Assembly (NCBI GenBank): GCA_036172245.1
Contig: JAYWIR010000048.1
Span: 124,001-188,000, forward strand
Reading direction: 5' to 3'
Length of the DNA stretch: 64,000 bases
Origin: Raillietiella orientalis
Taxonomy: Eukaryota
Below, in pieces: positions 30,642 through 43,900 of the stretch (position 1 is its first letter; each line of letters begins with the position of its first letter). Under the pieces are notes generated by a model. It worked only from the letters and a program-made list of their open reading frames with translations, did not search any database and was not told the DNA's origin. The translations under genes and the position numbers were made by a program.

Positions 30642-33124
30642 AACTTTTGAAATCTGATATTAAAGAAATTTTAACCAAGGCTGGAATATATTCATTGAAA
30701 CCAGTAGCCACTCCTGCTATTCAGGTTACGAAAGGCATTTTTCACAATTAATGTCATCAGCCATTTATATGACAACTGAAAAAGTCAAGTTAGATGGATT
30801 AAGTGCACAACAGTATGTCAACTTGTTTGTTTTCAGAAACCTAATCATCTAACAAAAGTATCATGAACAGATTGCATTTCTGTTACTATTGAACTCCACA
30901 ACACACTTATTCAAAAAATTCGGTAAACACCACGGGCTGAAATTTTTTTCCAGAACAAATTTGGATCATGAAAGCAATAGAACGACACTTAACACGGGTA
31001 CGCGCATTGCCGCTGCATTCGAGGCAAAATCATATGGATGGACAAAACGGAAACTACATATTTTTATGCAAATGACGAACATGAATAAAATTCGAAACGA
31101 GAAACTTACAATATTTTCGCAACACAGAAACATTTCCTGGTTCACACGAATATTTCAGTGCCCACATAAGTGATTTAGAGCCATAACTACACAACCCAGT
31201 AACAACCTTTACTTGCATGTTCCTTTCTTCACATACATAAGTGGAGAGAGGGTAGATTCAGTGAACACAACGGATAAACGTATAAATATATTTAGTGATT
31301 ATAATATTGATATAAGATAAACTTCGAACCAAGCAAAAGTTCAAATTTCATGATTGAGTTTGCAAAGTGCATATTTCACTAAAGAGATTTCAATTTTAGG
31401 ATGCAATTTGATTTCATTGCTGGCAAACTAGTGAGGAAGGAGAATCATTAGGCTACATGCACTTTTTCGATCCTATTCATGATTTGAAACAACTTCCGTT
31501 TCGAAGACTTTTTACTAATCTACAAAAAATTAGGAGAGTCAATGCAAGCAATTGAATGCTTGCTTTTTTCCGTGGAGATCTAACTGAACATCTGCCAATC
31601 GATAAGGTTTGGAATGCCTGAAATCAAGGTTTTCAGATTACTGATTACTGATTTTCAGTAAGAAATTCATGTTGAGCTGGACAAGGAAAACGGAACACAG
31701 CTTTGGATGAGGAACGCTGCTTTTCGAAGAACGTTCTATTGTTCTATAAGTTTGAATTTCAGCAAATCCAGCGATACAAGAACTTGAAAAGTGAAACATT
31801 CTTGCAGTGTTTTACGAATAGACCATAATCGTTATTGACATTTTGAAATTGGTACAGACTTTCTTCATGATAGTGAAAGTATGCGTTGTGGAGGAAGTAC
31901 AGATAGACTATAGTGCAGTGGAATTTTCTGATCGTGTACCTAAAGATCCAGCATGCAAAGTAATCAGAAAAACTCGAACTAGTAGGTAAAAATTAGGACG
32001 GGAACCGAAGAATCCACTATTATTCTAGAAGCAGTAAATAAGAATGGGGTCTGCAGAAAAGCCGTCCTACTTATATGATGAGAGTCCCAGCACGAAATAC
32101 TTGTATCAGTTTTCATAGTAACATTCGATTAATGCTATTATGAAATACAATATAATTTTTGATGTATACCAGGAAGGACAAAAGGAAACAGCGTTTGTGT
32201 GCTAACTCACTGAGGATGCATGTTTGCTCTTTATATTTCTATATCATTTAACGTAGTTCATCGACACTTACACAATAGTTTGATCGATTCAGAAACACTT
32301 CCTATGACATCAGCGCTTAACTTCAAAATAGATATTGGCATCTGAGCCAATGTTCTCAAGAAATCTCAAGCTTAAGATTACTATATAACTTCGAGTCAGT
32401 TTTATCACAAACATTAAGCAATACTGATGGTTTTGATTTTAAAGATTTCTTTCCTTTCAATGACAATACGGCAGCTTTGTAAATTAAGCTTCATTTCTTT
32501 AAACTGTTGTCTGCCGTATGAAGTAGCAATAAACCTGAAATGAAATTCGGAACAGCACATTATTACTTGAAGACCCTTCATATCATTGAAATATTAAAGA
32601 TGCTTGTTTTCTTGTATCTGATATTCGTTTCGATCTCTGAAAATTTGCGAGGAAAAAGAGTAAACTATCTAGTGGGTTTCGTACCCTATGATAGTGCATT
32701 TTATTAGCCAAAATTGCGAAAATACCAACCTTTGAAAGGTTATTAAGAATATTCATTTTATGGAACACTAATAATTTTGGTAATTAAGAATATTCATTAA
32801 GTTATCTTGGTTTAACCAACTTCCTTGCTTCACTATGTATGTTGACTTTAGGAGTAATAATTAGTAGATTATTGTGTGAAATTATTCGGACAATCCACTA
32901 GCAAATGGAACATGAAAGTGGTTTGTCATCGTGTAAGATAAGAAATCATCTAGAGAGCCAGGTTTTCATCAAGCTCCAAATTAAGTAAGGATTCATTAAC
33001 AATACAACTTTTAAATGAAGCACATTACTGCACTTTTAGAGAAACTTTCAAATGTGTTACGAAGTTACACCCGGATACATATAAATAATTTGTTTTTATA
33101 TCCAACTGAACGAAAGAATATTGA

Positions 33125-34265
33125 ATCGCCCGCGTCGGAGGCCTTGTGGTTAAGGCTTCTGCATGTGGTACCACGACTCGCTGGACCGCACACTCCGGCC
33201 GAAACTGACGCCGCTGCGTCGTTGGGTTCCAAGTTTCTCCTGCAATGGCGCTGGTTGATCCCTCCCCAAGATAGTCTTAACTCAGTGGGAGCTCCCAATT
33301 CGTGTAGACTGGGTCGTTTGGATCTTGCACCCTAGTTCTTCGATAGTCCGCCAAGATTCGAAGATCCGAAACTCTGCAACCCCAGGTGATGGATACGACT
33401 CGTAGCTCACGTGGTTGATCGACCCCATCTTGCCAAACCAACCCTGAACTCCCCTATGGAGACGGGAAGACGGTGCTACGGCGTGATTCCATTGCACTAG
33501 TTTCCCAGTCTGGTCGTTGATGTCTCCCAGTCCGCGAAGATACGTCGCTATCGGTTCCGAGAGAGGCCTTTGGACAGAAAAGAACTCGTTCAGTTGACGT
33601 TCGGCTTCAGTGTCGGAAGCCATGTGGTTGCGGTGGTCTCCGCGCGTGGCACCATGCGTCGTGCGTCCAGAGTTCACCCCACAAGATGACGCTGGTTGGC
33701 CTACATTCATCCGGGTGCGGCACTGGTAGGGGTTGAAACCAGATGCCCCCGATTAGGTCCGGGACAAAGTCGAGTCGACCTCCGGGTCCTTCCAGGAATC
33801 ACGGGGTGAGAGCGGGAGCTTCCCTCTGGTTGTGAAGGAGCAGATCCCCCCGTTGCGGGGAAGACCCTCCAAGTCGTACTGATGGAAGTAGGTGTGTCGC
33901 CACCACCTCTCCTGAGAGTGCAGAGAAGCGAGCCGATCCCTTCGGGGAAGCTGCGTCCTCCGAGGTTCTCTTCAGAGGAGTAAAAACAGGAGCGAATCCC
34001 TTGCGGAGATCCCTCCGGAGAAGAAAAACTGGAGCGGACCTCTCCAAGGGTCTCTTCGGAAAGAATAAGGATTGGATTCCCCTTCGGAGACAACCAAGGC
34101 TGGAGATATCAATTTCCAGGGATCCTTCTCCAGGCGTGAGAGGAGCGGACTCCGAGTCCTTTCTCTCACGCCTATTTATAGGGAGGACCCCTCCCGGGGT
34201 ACCCCCTATCTTCAAGACACCCACCCTCGGGTGGCGTGGAGCCGTGTCGAAGAACTGCGAAGACA
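33125..34265 (-). mobile_element. Dispersed GC-rich repeat, copy 2: putative ~610-bp LTR (TG at 34265, CA at 33655) with TATA box, PBS-like TGGTGCCACGC, then an ORF starting MASDTEAERQLNEFF (ATG 33623)
   Basis: Homologous to 10268-11400. CCTATAAATAGG at 34171-34182 (minus). CA is followed directly by TGG, and the ATG lies ~30 nt downstream. No pol or second LTR is seen, so it appears truncated. Confidence 0.65.
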
Positions 34266-35159
34266 GAAAAGGATTCCCATCATATTCCCTTTCCATACAA
34301 TGTATTCTTTTGCTTATCTTATCAATAAAATATTATATGAAATCACTTTATATATTACATTCGAAATTCTTCCTACGATAACTCTCGCTGTATTTGAAAA
34401 CACACATTTAAAATCTCAATTTTTTCGAAATTGTAGTTTCGTCTCAATAGTGAATATAGTGTTGTTCTTATAGAGCTTTTAGAATAAAAATCCTCAGATG
34501 TGGTTAATTTTCATTTTAATTTACACAATACTAAGTGCAATATTTAAAATACAGGCAGGCCACGATAAAGATGAATGCAAGTAGTGTGAATAAGATTTAG
34601 TGCGGACTGCTTTAAGAATCCAGATAGTGTTATTGCAAGCCAAAATTCAGTGAACATGGGCTGGTGCATGCCCAATAAATACTTCCAGGTTGTTCCCCTT
34701 GGTTTTTTTATGCTCTGCAACTTCCCTCCGAACTTGTTATCTTCCCAGGTGCATGTGCTGCTTCCTGTCTGGTCATTCGTTACTTTTCTTGATTTGTTTT
34801 CATTGCTCTGAAAACTGAGAGGATTACTTCATCACGTGGTACAACACAAGTGCCAAAAAGAAGAGCTATTTCACTACAGAACAAAAATTTGGTTTCGAGA
34901 AAAGTACTGCTATAAAAGCAACAAATATCGAAAAAGCACTTGGAGACAATGAATGGTAAAATTTGATAGATTAGGGAATGAAGATGTTTGGGAACTGTTC
35001 GTTGCACATTCGAAATAATTGACTAATGATCTGCTTTTCGATCATCAAAGAGCATTTGAAGCAGCCGATAATAAGTGATTCTATAATATTTCGTATAATC
35101 AGTGATTCTACCTCTACAATCCCCTGTCGTAAGATTTGAAGAAAGTAAAAGAGCTCAGA

Positions 35160-36150
35160 CTACGCTGCTTTTTTTTTCGGCTTGAAATACTGCTCCTCCA
35201 GAACTGTAATATGTATTTGTCTAACTTTCACCCTTGGATTATTGTACTTATTTTCAGTGCTAGTCCCAGATACTTTTTGGTTATAATCTACATAAGTGTT
35301 GGTCTTCTTGATCTCCAGGCAGGATTTGAGATCAGCGTATGCCACGTGTTTAAATTGCTGATCATTAGCTTGCATTCCCCATAGCTTAGTGGCTTTTGCT
35401 AGAATTATGTTAAAAACTTCGATGTATCTTGCAAAAAAGCACTAAACTTAGGACATCCCATTGTATGATAATTCGAATTCATGTGGATGATCTTAAAGTC
35501 CGTTCCATTCGACTGCATTCTAAAGCTTGCTTTTTCCCTTGTGGTGTTACTTTATAAGTTCTGAGAGGATATTCCTAGTTTCTGCAGTATACCTTGTGGA
35601 CGACACCTCCGTATGCCTTTCCCATGACTGTGATTGCTAGTAGGAGACTGTAACTTTCTACTTCTGTGTCCAATAATCGCTTCTTCAGCTTTTATGTTGT
35701 CTGTCTTTCTCTTCATCACTTAGGGTGTTTCACCATTGCTTCTCTATCTATTTCATCTGTGTGTACAGAATTGAGGTTGCTTTCTATTGTGTGATTTTGG
35801 TTAGGTTACACACTTTTCGTAACAGTGTCATTCTACTCTAACAGATTTCCGGTCACCCTTTAATATTCTCTTCTTTCCTCGATTGCTGCATCACATTGAT
35901 GTGTGCATCTGAATGTTGGTAGTGATGGATCGGAACCTCACCCAGTCGCAGCGTCTTCTGTAGTTTATTGAAAAATTTTATTTCTTCTTCACGAAATTCT
36001 TTGCTTAAAATTGCCTCCTTTGTGTATCTTGTTGTTTTGTTTCGAATTTGTCATTCTGCGTTGTGCTTTCCGGGTGTGATGTTTTCTCAATAATTGTTCA
36101 TAATGTTGATGAAGGATTTGCAAGATGTCGTCGGTTTGGTCATCCTTCCA
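35160..36150 (-). mobile_element. Decayed non-LTR retrotransposon (LINE) reverse transcriptase fragment
   Basis: In RT order on the minus strand: MGKAYGGVVH (cf. DxxKAYDxVxH), ILQKLGIS, IIQWDVLSLVLFC (cf. QGDxLSPxLF), GMQANDQQFKHVAYADL (cf. GxxxNGxxxxHLAYADD). Multiple stops and frameshifts. Confidence 0.72.
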
Positions 36151-39100
36151 TTATGTTTAATTTGAAAAATATGCACTGCTGGTTTCGCTTTATTATTTAT
36201 CTGTGTCACTCCTGATATTTCTGTTTAAACATCTCTTCTATGATAACCAGTATTTGCTTTGGAATGAAAACCTTCAGCTGTGAAGCTGCATGAGATGTGG
36301 GATTCCAAAAGATACAAATCTATTGAAAATTCAAAAATCTCATCAGGGGTGAAGAACTTTTGATTCGATTCGATGTTTTCAGTAAGCGAATCAGTTCTCT
36401 GTTATACTCTTTTATACAATTTTTTAGCTTTTTTGGCCTACATAGTTTTTTTTGGGATTAAAACCGGAGATCTATCATCAAGCTGCATACCTGAAAGATT
36501 TTTATGGTTGGAATATGCCCGCAGATTTGGAATCAAATTACAGAAAAACCTATATAGATTGCGGAAATTTCTGCACTCAAAATGCTGCACAATTAGAATC
36601 ATAAAAAGTTGACTAAGTACTTCGAAAAAGACATATCTATATCAGTTCAACATGCAATTTCTTTTTGATCTTCACTTATTATGTGATATAAACTATTAGA
36701 ATTCAGAAGCTGCTTAGATTTCAAATTGTCTCAGATATCACTGGCTGTGCAAGTTATCTTGATCCCAAGAAATCATTTCTTGATTGCAAGAGAGTTTTCC
36801 ATGTATCAGCACACATTAATGGTATACAATATAGGCATTTTTTATCAGTTATATGTAATAAGAGATTAGAGTCTCAAACTTTATCGTTGGACGTTTGCTC
36901 TACGTAGGAATTGTGACTTGCAATCTCATAGAACCATCCATTGATTTATTTGATTTGTTTTGGATTGTACTCTTCTGCTACTTCTATTTACATTACAGCT
37001 TACAAGATCTCTTTCAATATTTTCGATTAACCAATTCGTAAAAGAATTGCAACTTACTTGTTTTGATTTATGAATTTAATACAAAAAATCCTATCTAATC
37101 GTATCAATTTTAGTTATTTCCGTTTTCACCTTCTATTTGTTTGAGGAATCAGTTCGAAAAAAAATGCTTCTCAAGGCTAACGAGATAAAAAAAATCTGAT
37201 CTTTTAGTGTAGCTGAAGGAAAAATAATGAATACTCAAAAGAAAAATGAAAAACAGAATCCGCGTTGGATCTCTTTTCAATGGAAAAAGATTACGAGAAC
37301 GAATTGTAAAGGAAATGAATTAAATGCTTACACGGAATTGTTTAGACTTTTGTTTTAACAAGGGATAGAAAGCGTGTCTACCTAATCCTATACAAAAACA
37401 GCATTGCTGACATGGATATGATAATATTCTTGTTCCGATAAACCGTAAGGTTAATAGAAACGAAAATTTAGTGTTAGAGTTAAGGATACGACGAATGGCA
37501 AAATCCAATTCTGGAACTGCTGAAGCATTATAACATTATTAATTTATGAAAATAATTTTTCCATCTTTCATGAAATGGTATTTACAGCAGTAAGGTTTGA
37601 ATAGATAGATTGTGTGCACCTTTTGCTACCATCTGTTTAATCTACCATACTACCATCTGTAAAATCAGGATCTTTGATAGAGTGTGATTGCCACGAAACT
37701 ACCATCTGCTTGAAAATGTAATCAGTACATTAATACTGAGGAATTTTTCATGCAGCTATCCTCAGGGATCCTTGCACAGTTTGACTGTAGTGGACTTATG
37801 ACGGAATAGCCTTATTATCTTTTATATGAATGCAGCTTTCACAAATTATGAACTTGATATTGATGCTGAGACGATTTTTTGAAACTTTTATTCCTATGGG
37901 AGTGAACGATGCTGACAGATTTACTTAATTTTCTGTCTAGAGATGTCAATTTCATATAAATTCAGTTCACCATCGGATTGAATGCAAGCTCAGTCTATCT
38001 AAAGAAGTTGAAGATCATTATATTATGGAGCACGATTCTGAAACTGAAGTATACTGTATTTTTGAATTATGAAAACATTTTAGCCTTTTTATATATTTTA
38101 AGTATCGACTATTGATTTCTTGTCAAGTATATCACTGAATGTTCTTGAAAAAAACATTTTGTATGTATTTTTTCTGAGAGTATATGGCATTTTTGCGTTT
38201 TTTAAACCATGTCACAAGATAATTATGTACCAAAAATCTCTTGTGCCTGAGGCAATCCGTTGTGCTGCGCGTAGGCAATGTTTTGACTGTTGGAAACACT
38301 GGGAAAGCTACAATGATGGCGAAACCAAGAATTGGACTGACTTGCGTCAGGAATATAAAAAAAAAAAAGAAATCCTGATTCAATTCCCCAACAAAATTTC
38401 CAAGAGATTATGTACTGCGAGTGCTGCACGGGCTCCATCTAAAATATATCTTTATGTATACTACTGATGCCTCATCTATTGCAAATGGTGAGTAATGTAC
38501 CCCATCGAGAAAACCTGAAGTTGCTAAATATTGTTTTCGCTGATTCTACTAACATTCGAGTAAATTTTGCCCACAATACTATTATAACTTGAATGTGAGT
38601 TTTGTTTCTGTGAGGTTTGTGTGTATATCCACTTGTATCATAGAAATCCAAAGTAACACGTAATATAGAAAATTCAAATTTAGCCTTACCATTTCTTAAT
38701 AATGAGTAATTAAAACATTGGAGAATAATAGAGTTTGCCGAATAGAATTGTCATTGCAGGTGTGTCTTGAGATTTTCGAAATGAGTGAAGTTCTTGCATA
38801 CATTGAATATCGATTTTGCTTATCCCATTGTTATACTTTGTTATACTTATTTTGTAAGGAATTTGGATCATTAAAATTAGCTTTCCAAAAATCATGATGG
38901 GAATTTGCTCAAGAATGAAGATTTAGTGGATCGTGTTGTCATTCTCTTCTTAATTTGGTATCAAGTCTTGACAGTATTACTCCGTTGTGCTAGTTTGTAT
39001 ATGTTAAGAAATGTTACAGGCCCAAATCTATTTGGAATCAAGTGTCAATTTAGATGTGTTATTTTACGTTTTTTTTCCGGAATAAGTATTGTTTTATTTT

Positions 39101-42100
39101 TCTGAATTCATTGTTTAAAAACATCATCCATCGTGGATAAAGCTTGGAATTAAGGAATCTGATTGAGAACGACTTATATTTTTTAAAATGAATATAATCA
39201 TTTCCGGTGACATTTTTGATTAATGCAATCGGGAACAGTTCTTGATAGCATTCATCAAAAGTCAGCGTGTTTTGCATAGGTTGCCTGTGTCATATTGATT
39301 AATTAAGCAACCTTCATGATTGATACATAGATCTTAGAAAATTGCATTAAAGGTTGGTTTTGACGATATCCTGAAGAAGACACTGATTTATGTGATTTTA
39401 TTTATATATCAGATTTTTAAGCATTATAAGTTGTTGATGCTAGCAAAACATGGCATTTAGCAGACTATGTAAATTCTTCTTGGGATTTTAAAGTGTATGA
39501 TGTAGACCTAATAGTGAGATTTCCATTTTGAAAGTAATGCTTTGAGTTTGCCTAACTTCCCTCATAAAGCATTAAGTGGTGATACTCTGTTTTAAAGGAG
39601 AAATCTGTTTCATAGACACAGAATGAAATAGGAAAGAATTGATCCTTTATAGATAAGCAAATGTTGGTTTTATAGATGCAATGCAATATTTATGTCAGAA
39701 CTTGAAAAAGTTTCTTCAAAAAGAAAAACCTATTGTAATCAGTACATTCTGGTTCCATTAGTTTTACTTTCAATTTCTGAAAGATAATTTCAGTATTTCA
39801 TTTATAACTGCAGCTAGGAAATATAGACCAGCCAATGAATCTCAGGTGAAAAGAAAGTATACAAAAGCTGTGGTAATGTGATAAAAGTCATTGAACCTTG
39901 TGCTTTATATAATGCATTGTGGAGCAAGAGGAATTGATACAAAATTTCAAATTTGTTAACACAGATATCTGCATTCTGGTTGTGCTTTATAAACCAGGAA
40001 TAAATTTGAATACAGTACAACCATCAGATTATAAAACATGTGTTCAAATTCATTAGATAGAGAATTATGTAGTGGAAGCTCTTTATTGAATGATTGCATT
40101 TTATGCAATCCTTTTTCCTTTGGAGTTCATAAAAGAAATGATTTAAAAGAAATTATTAAAGTTCCATGAAAGTTGCTTTGCCTTTTTTCCTTGTGGATAA
40201 ATATTAACCAGGTAATAATATCATGCTCACATGCAAAAATTATGATAGGTAGATAATGATGATGACGTAGGCATGTAATGGATGCTAATAAATTTTTTCC
40301 ATCACTTTATCAGGCCAGAATACATAGTTGGAGGGAGAGAATCACGAATCTCGGTGGCAGGAAAAGTTTGAATATGTAAGAAACATTTTATGTAAAAGCC
40401 TATTTAGATTTGATTGCTCTGTTATTTGAAATATACAACTTTGTCTTCTCTTCTCTACATTTTTCAAAAAAATCAGAAATGCCATATTTTCATTCTCTAA
40501 ATAATAACAAAAACATTGTATGATTGTTCCTTTTTTGTTTCCATTGAAGCGGCTTTACACATTGTGAATTTTTAATTAATTTATGTTTGGTATTTTATTT
40601 TGGTTTATTTTTTTGTCTACAGTGGAATAGCAGCATTGACTTGATAGCAGGATTGAATTGTTTTAAGCCCATTTATTCTGATTTTAACTACCTTATAATA
40701 TGTCAACCACATGTTTTCTTGATTGAAGTTATGGATGGAACTTTGCTTGATCTTCTTCCACTCTTATATTCCAATGTATCTGTAGGTGGTGCTGATCCAA
40801 CACTAGATGGCAAACTGATTAAGCATCAAATCCATGTTTGGGGTGGGTTAACAATAATATTTGATTAGATAAGCTGTGATGTGATAATGTTGGTACTGAT
40901 TGAAGAGTCTTGTACACTTTAAACTTTGCATGCTGATTAGTGCGCGTCTTTTGTATTCATTGATTTTTGTGACTTTTTCACGACAGACAGCCTCTCATGT
41001 TTTTCATCAGTGGTTAGTTGACCAATTTATTGTATATGTTCCATATGTGTTTTCATTATGCACGGGAAAAAAACATTTTGAAACTTATTGATTCCAAAGG
41101 CATATTTTCGTTTTCTTAAGTGGATGCATATATGCTTTCATGTGTTGTTGATGGTAATTTTGTAACATCTGTGTTTTCGTCAGTATCAGTTTGAATGCTT
41201 ATATAAAACTTTTCTGTGTAATTTGTTCTCTTAATGCCTATGTTACCTCTCATTTACGTGACAGTTTCTTGCACTCTTTACTTATAGGACTTTAATTCTG
41301 CGTGTGCTTGCACATTCGTATATCAGTGGCTGAGGAATCTGTCCATACCTGGGCGTGCCGATACTGCACGTTTATTGATGATGTTTTGCTTTGCCTCGCG
41401 AAAACGCAATCGTCATTTATGTTTCAATAACTCGAACATTAACTTGAACATTCGTTTTGTGACCGTTTCGATCGATTTTCTAACTTCATAAGAATTAAGA
41501 GATTGAGCAATAAAATAACCGGAGTTTTTTTGGCTTGTCTTTACACCTTTAGCGATTTACTTATGTAGTGAACGAGAATGAATGAAAGAATCGTAAGTGA
41601 AACGACTTGCGCAGTGCATTCCTTTCGTGTGTATTTGGTGTTCAGTGTAACGAGAAAATAACGTAACCATTGGCCGAAGCGTAGTGAATTTTCATGGGAA
41701 ACGCGAATGCCGGTGGTATGCGCTTGAAAGCAGCGCGATGCGCAAGCGCAGTTTTCCCGTTTCATTCCAAGTCCCGTCTTTTGGTTGCTCTCCTTTCTTT
41801 CCATACCGCCGACTTCGGAAGTCTCTATCGCTCAGAAAAGCAAACGCAATGAAAAATGTGTCGGCAAAGGTAAACTGAAGTGTCTTTTTTGTGCGGTTGT
41901 CGCGTTTGTGTCTTATAGGATTTCGGGAAAAGCGATTCTTCTTTTGTTTGAAAGGCTGGCGTGGCTTCAAGCAGTGCTGCCACGCCAATGGTGGTTGATC
42001 GAGGAACGTTTCCATCGGGGGAACCAGTAGACACGTTCCATTTTAGAAAATAGTAGAGAATCACTTGCACGCGAGAAGCTTCAGCTCTCTTAGTTTTTGG

Positions 42101-43324
42101 ACACCGAACATTAGGCTGGGCATTTGAGCGCAGAAGTTTCCGTTTTTTATTGAGCAATTTTTTTTTTTCTCTCTCTCTCTCTCTCGAATTTTGCATCTGG
42201 CATCCATTGTACCTTTAGTACAGTAAGCATATGGATTCGTCAGATTTGTGGGTCCTTCCTATGGTTTCGATCTTTGTCCAGCATCGCTGGAACTTGCCTT
42301 AGGAAGAAGTGCGTATGAAGCCATCCGAGCCAGCGCCTGTTGAGTGCCTTCTTTCACGAATTGGGGACACTCTGGCGTATGGAAACAGTTTACTTTGCAA
42401 GTTCAATATCCAGATCACGTTAGATCCTCCAGAAATCCAGGCGCTGGGCTAACTGGGACAGCAAGACGGAAAGGTGACCAAAATTCGCCCTGAGCTGTGT
42501 GTGTGTTTTTTTTCTTTTTTTTCTTCTTCCAGAGATACGAGAAAGTGGCTTTGAGAATCTCAGTGGCTCTTGAAGACCTCTGTCATTAGAACCTTTGTTA
42601 TTATGTAGAAAGTTCTTCAAGTTCTTTATCATGAAAGTATTATTGTGTAAAAGTTACTCGGCATGATCTTCACCATCCGATCATCGTGTATTTGTCCATA
42701 TCAAGAATTATGCTTTGCTTATTGGAGTGTCTTCCCATTATAAGATTTCAGCGATTGTCTGAAACATGGAAGAATAAAAGGGTAGATCTTGGTGTGTGTT
42801 TTTTTTTTTGGTGATTAATGATTGATAACAGAAGTAACCGATTGCATCTGTCATTTTTCTGAACTTGGTGATTTATTAGTGAGTAAAGCAGTTATAGAAT
42901 GTAAGGAATCTGCGGTTGGTAGTTCCCTTCGCCGAATGCTTCGTATACGGACGTGTCGTCAAATCTGTCAATTTTCTTGCAGTTGACTTCATCCTGGTCG
43001 TACGAGTTTGTAAAACGCCAAATTTGCGCATTGAGAAACTGATAAGCAGAATCCCTCCAATCCTTAGTTGAATTCGTTTTGCAAAGTGGGTTCAATGCTC
43101 ACTCACTCCGTTCGTTATCAACATTAAGCAACAATTTTTCTTTTTTCTTTTTCTTTACAGTCCATATCAAGTTGTATTCTTTTCGTTTCATTTAAAAGAG
43201 AAAAAAAAAAGCAGAGAAGTTTTCTTTGAATAATCATCACACACGCATATCCTTTTCTGATTCATTATCGTTACTGATTAATGCAGGAGTTGAAATGCTA
43301 TTCGAAGTCGCTATTTCTAGTACA

Positions 43325-43900
43325 CTAGCGGGCTAGAATTATGGTGGATTGTCTGTTTTGAAGTGTTTCCTTCTGATGTTCATGGATTCTTATATGTAGC
43401 GTTTCTCTGCTTTGGTTTATTTCATTTTTACAGCACTTGTTAATGTAGTGCGACAGTTTGAATGGGAAGAATGACATCAGCTTTGTCGGTAAATCGATGG
43501 ATTCGCTGACCTTTGGCAACACTGTTGCTTCCGTGCAGTATGTGGATGTTTTGGTTTCGAATTCCAGAATGCTGGATTTATTAACAAAATGTGGTATATT
43601 TTGAAGCCAGCTGTGGCTGGTTTTCACATAGGCTCTCGAAATCCGCAAATTCTGGAATCGTTGCCCGCGCGGTTCCCTCAGGCAGGCGGCGCCTTCCTCG
43701 GAGAAGCGCGTTCTTCCGATGTGCTGCACCGCCACACAAATGCTTTCCTTTGGTTGTTTGCGAAATTTGTTTGCAAAAACAAATGCGCGACAGTTTGTTG
43801 CACTCCATCAGAGCAATCCATTTGCATGAGCTGATTTTTTTCCATCGTCGAAGTGACTTCGATTTGTCGAAATCTGGGTCTGCTGCGATTCTCGAAACCG
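43325..43900 (-). mobile_element. Decayed Penelope-like element fragment (RT C-terminus/linker plus GIY-YIG endonuclease)
   Basis: TVLPKVSESID...YINKCCKNEINQSRETLHIRIHEHQ...NRQSTI resembles the PLE pattern LxKxKDxI..VVYxIxCxxC..YIGQTxRxLxxRxxEH. Upstream CNKLSRIC resembles RAxRIC. Confidence 0.6.

Noticed and set aside
37400..38100. Further possible LINE traces (YPQGS..FYMN); similar weak traces at ~31.8 kb
   Set aside because: Too degenerate to distinguish from chance by eye.
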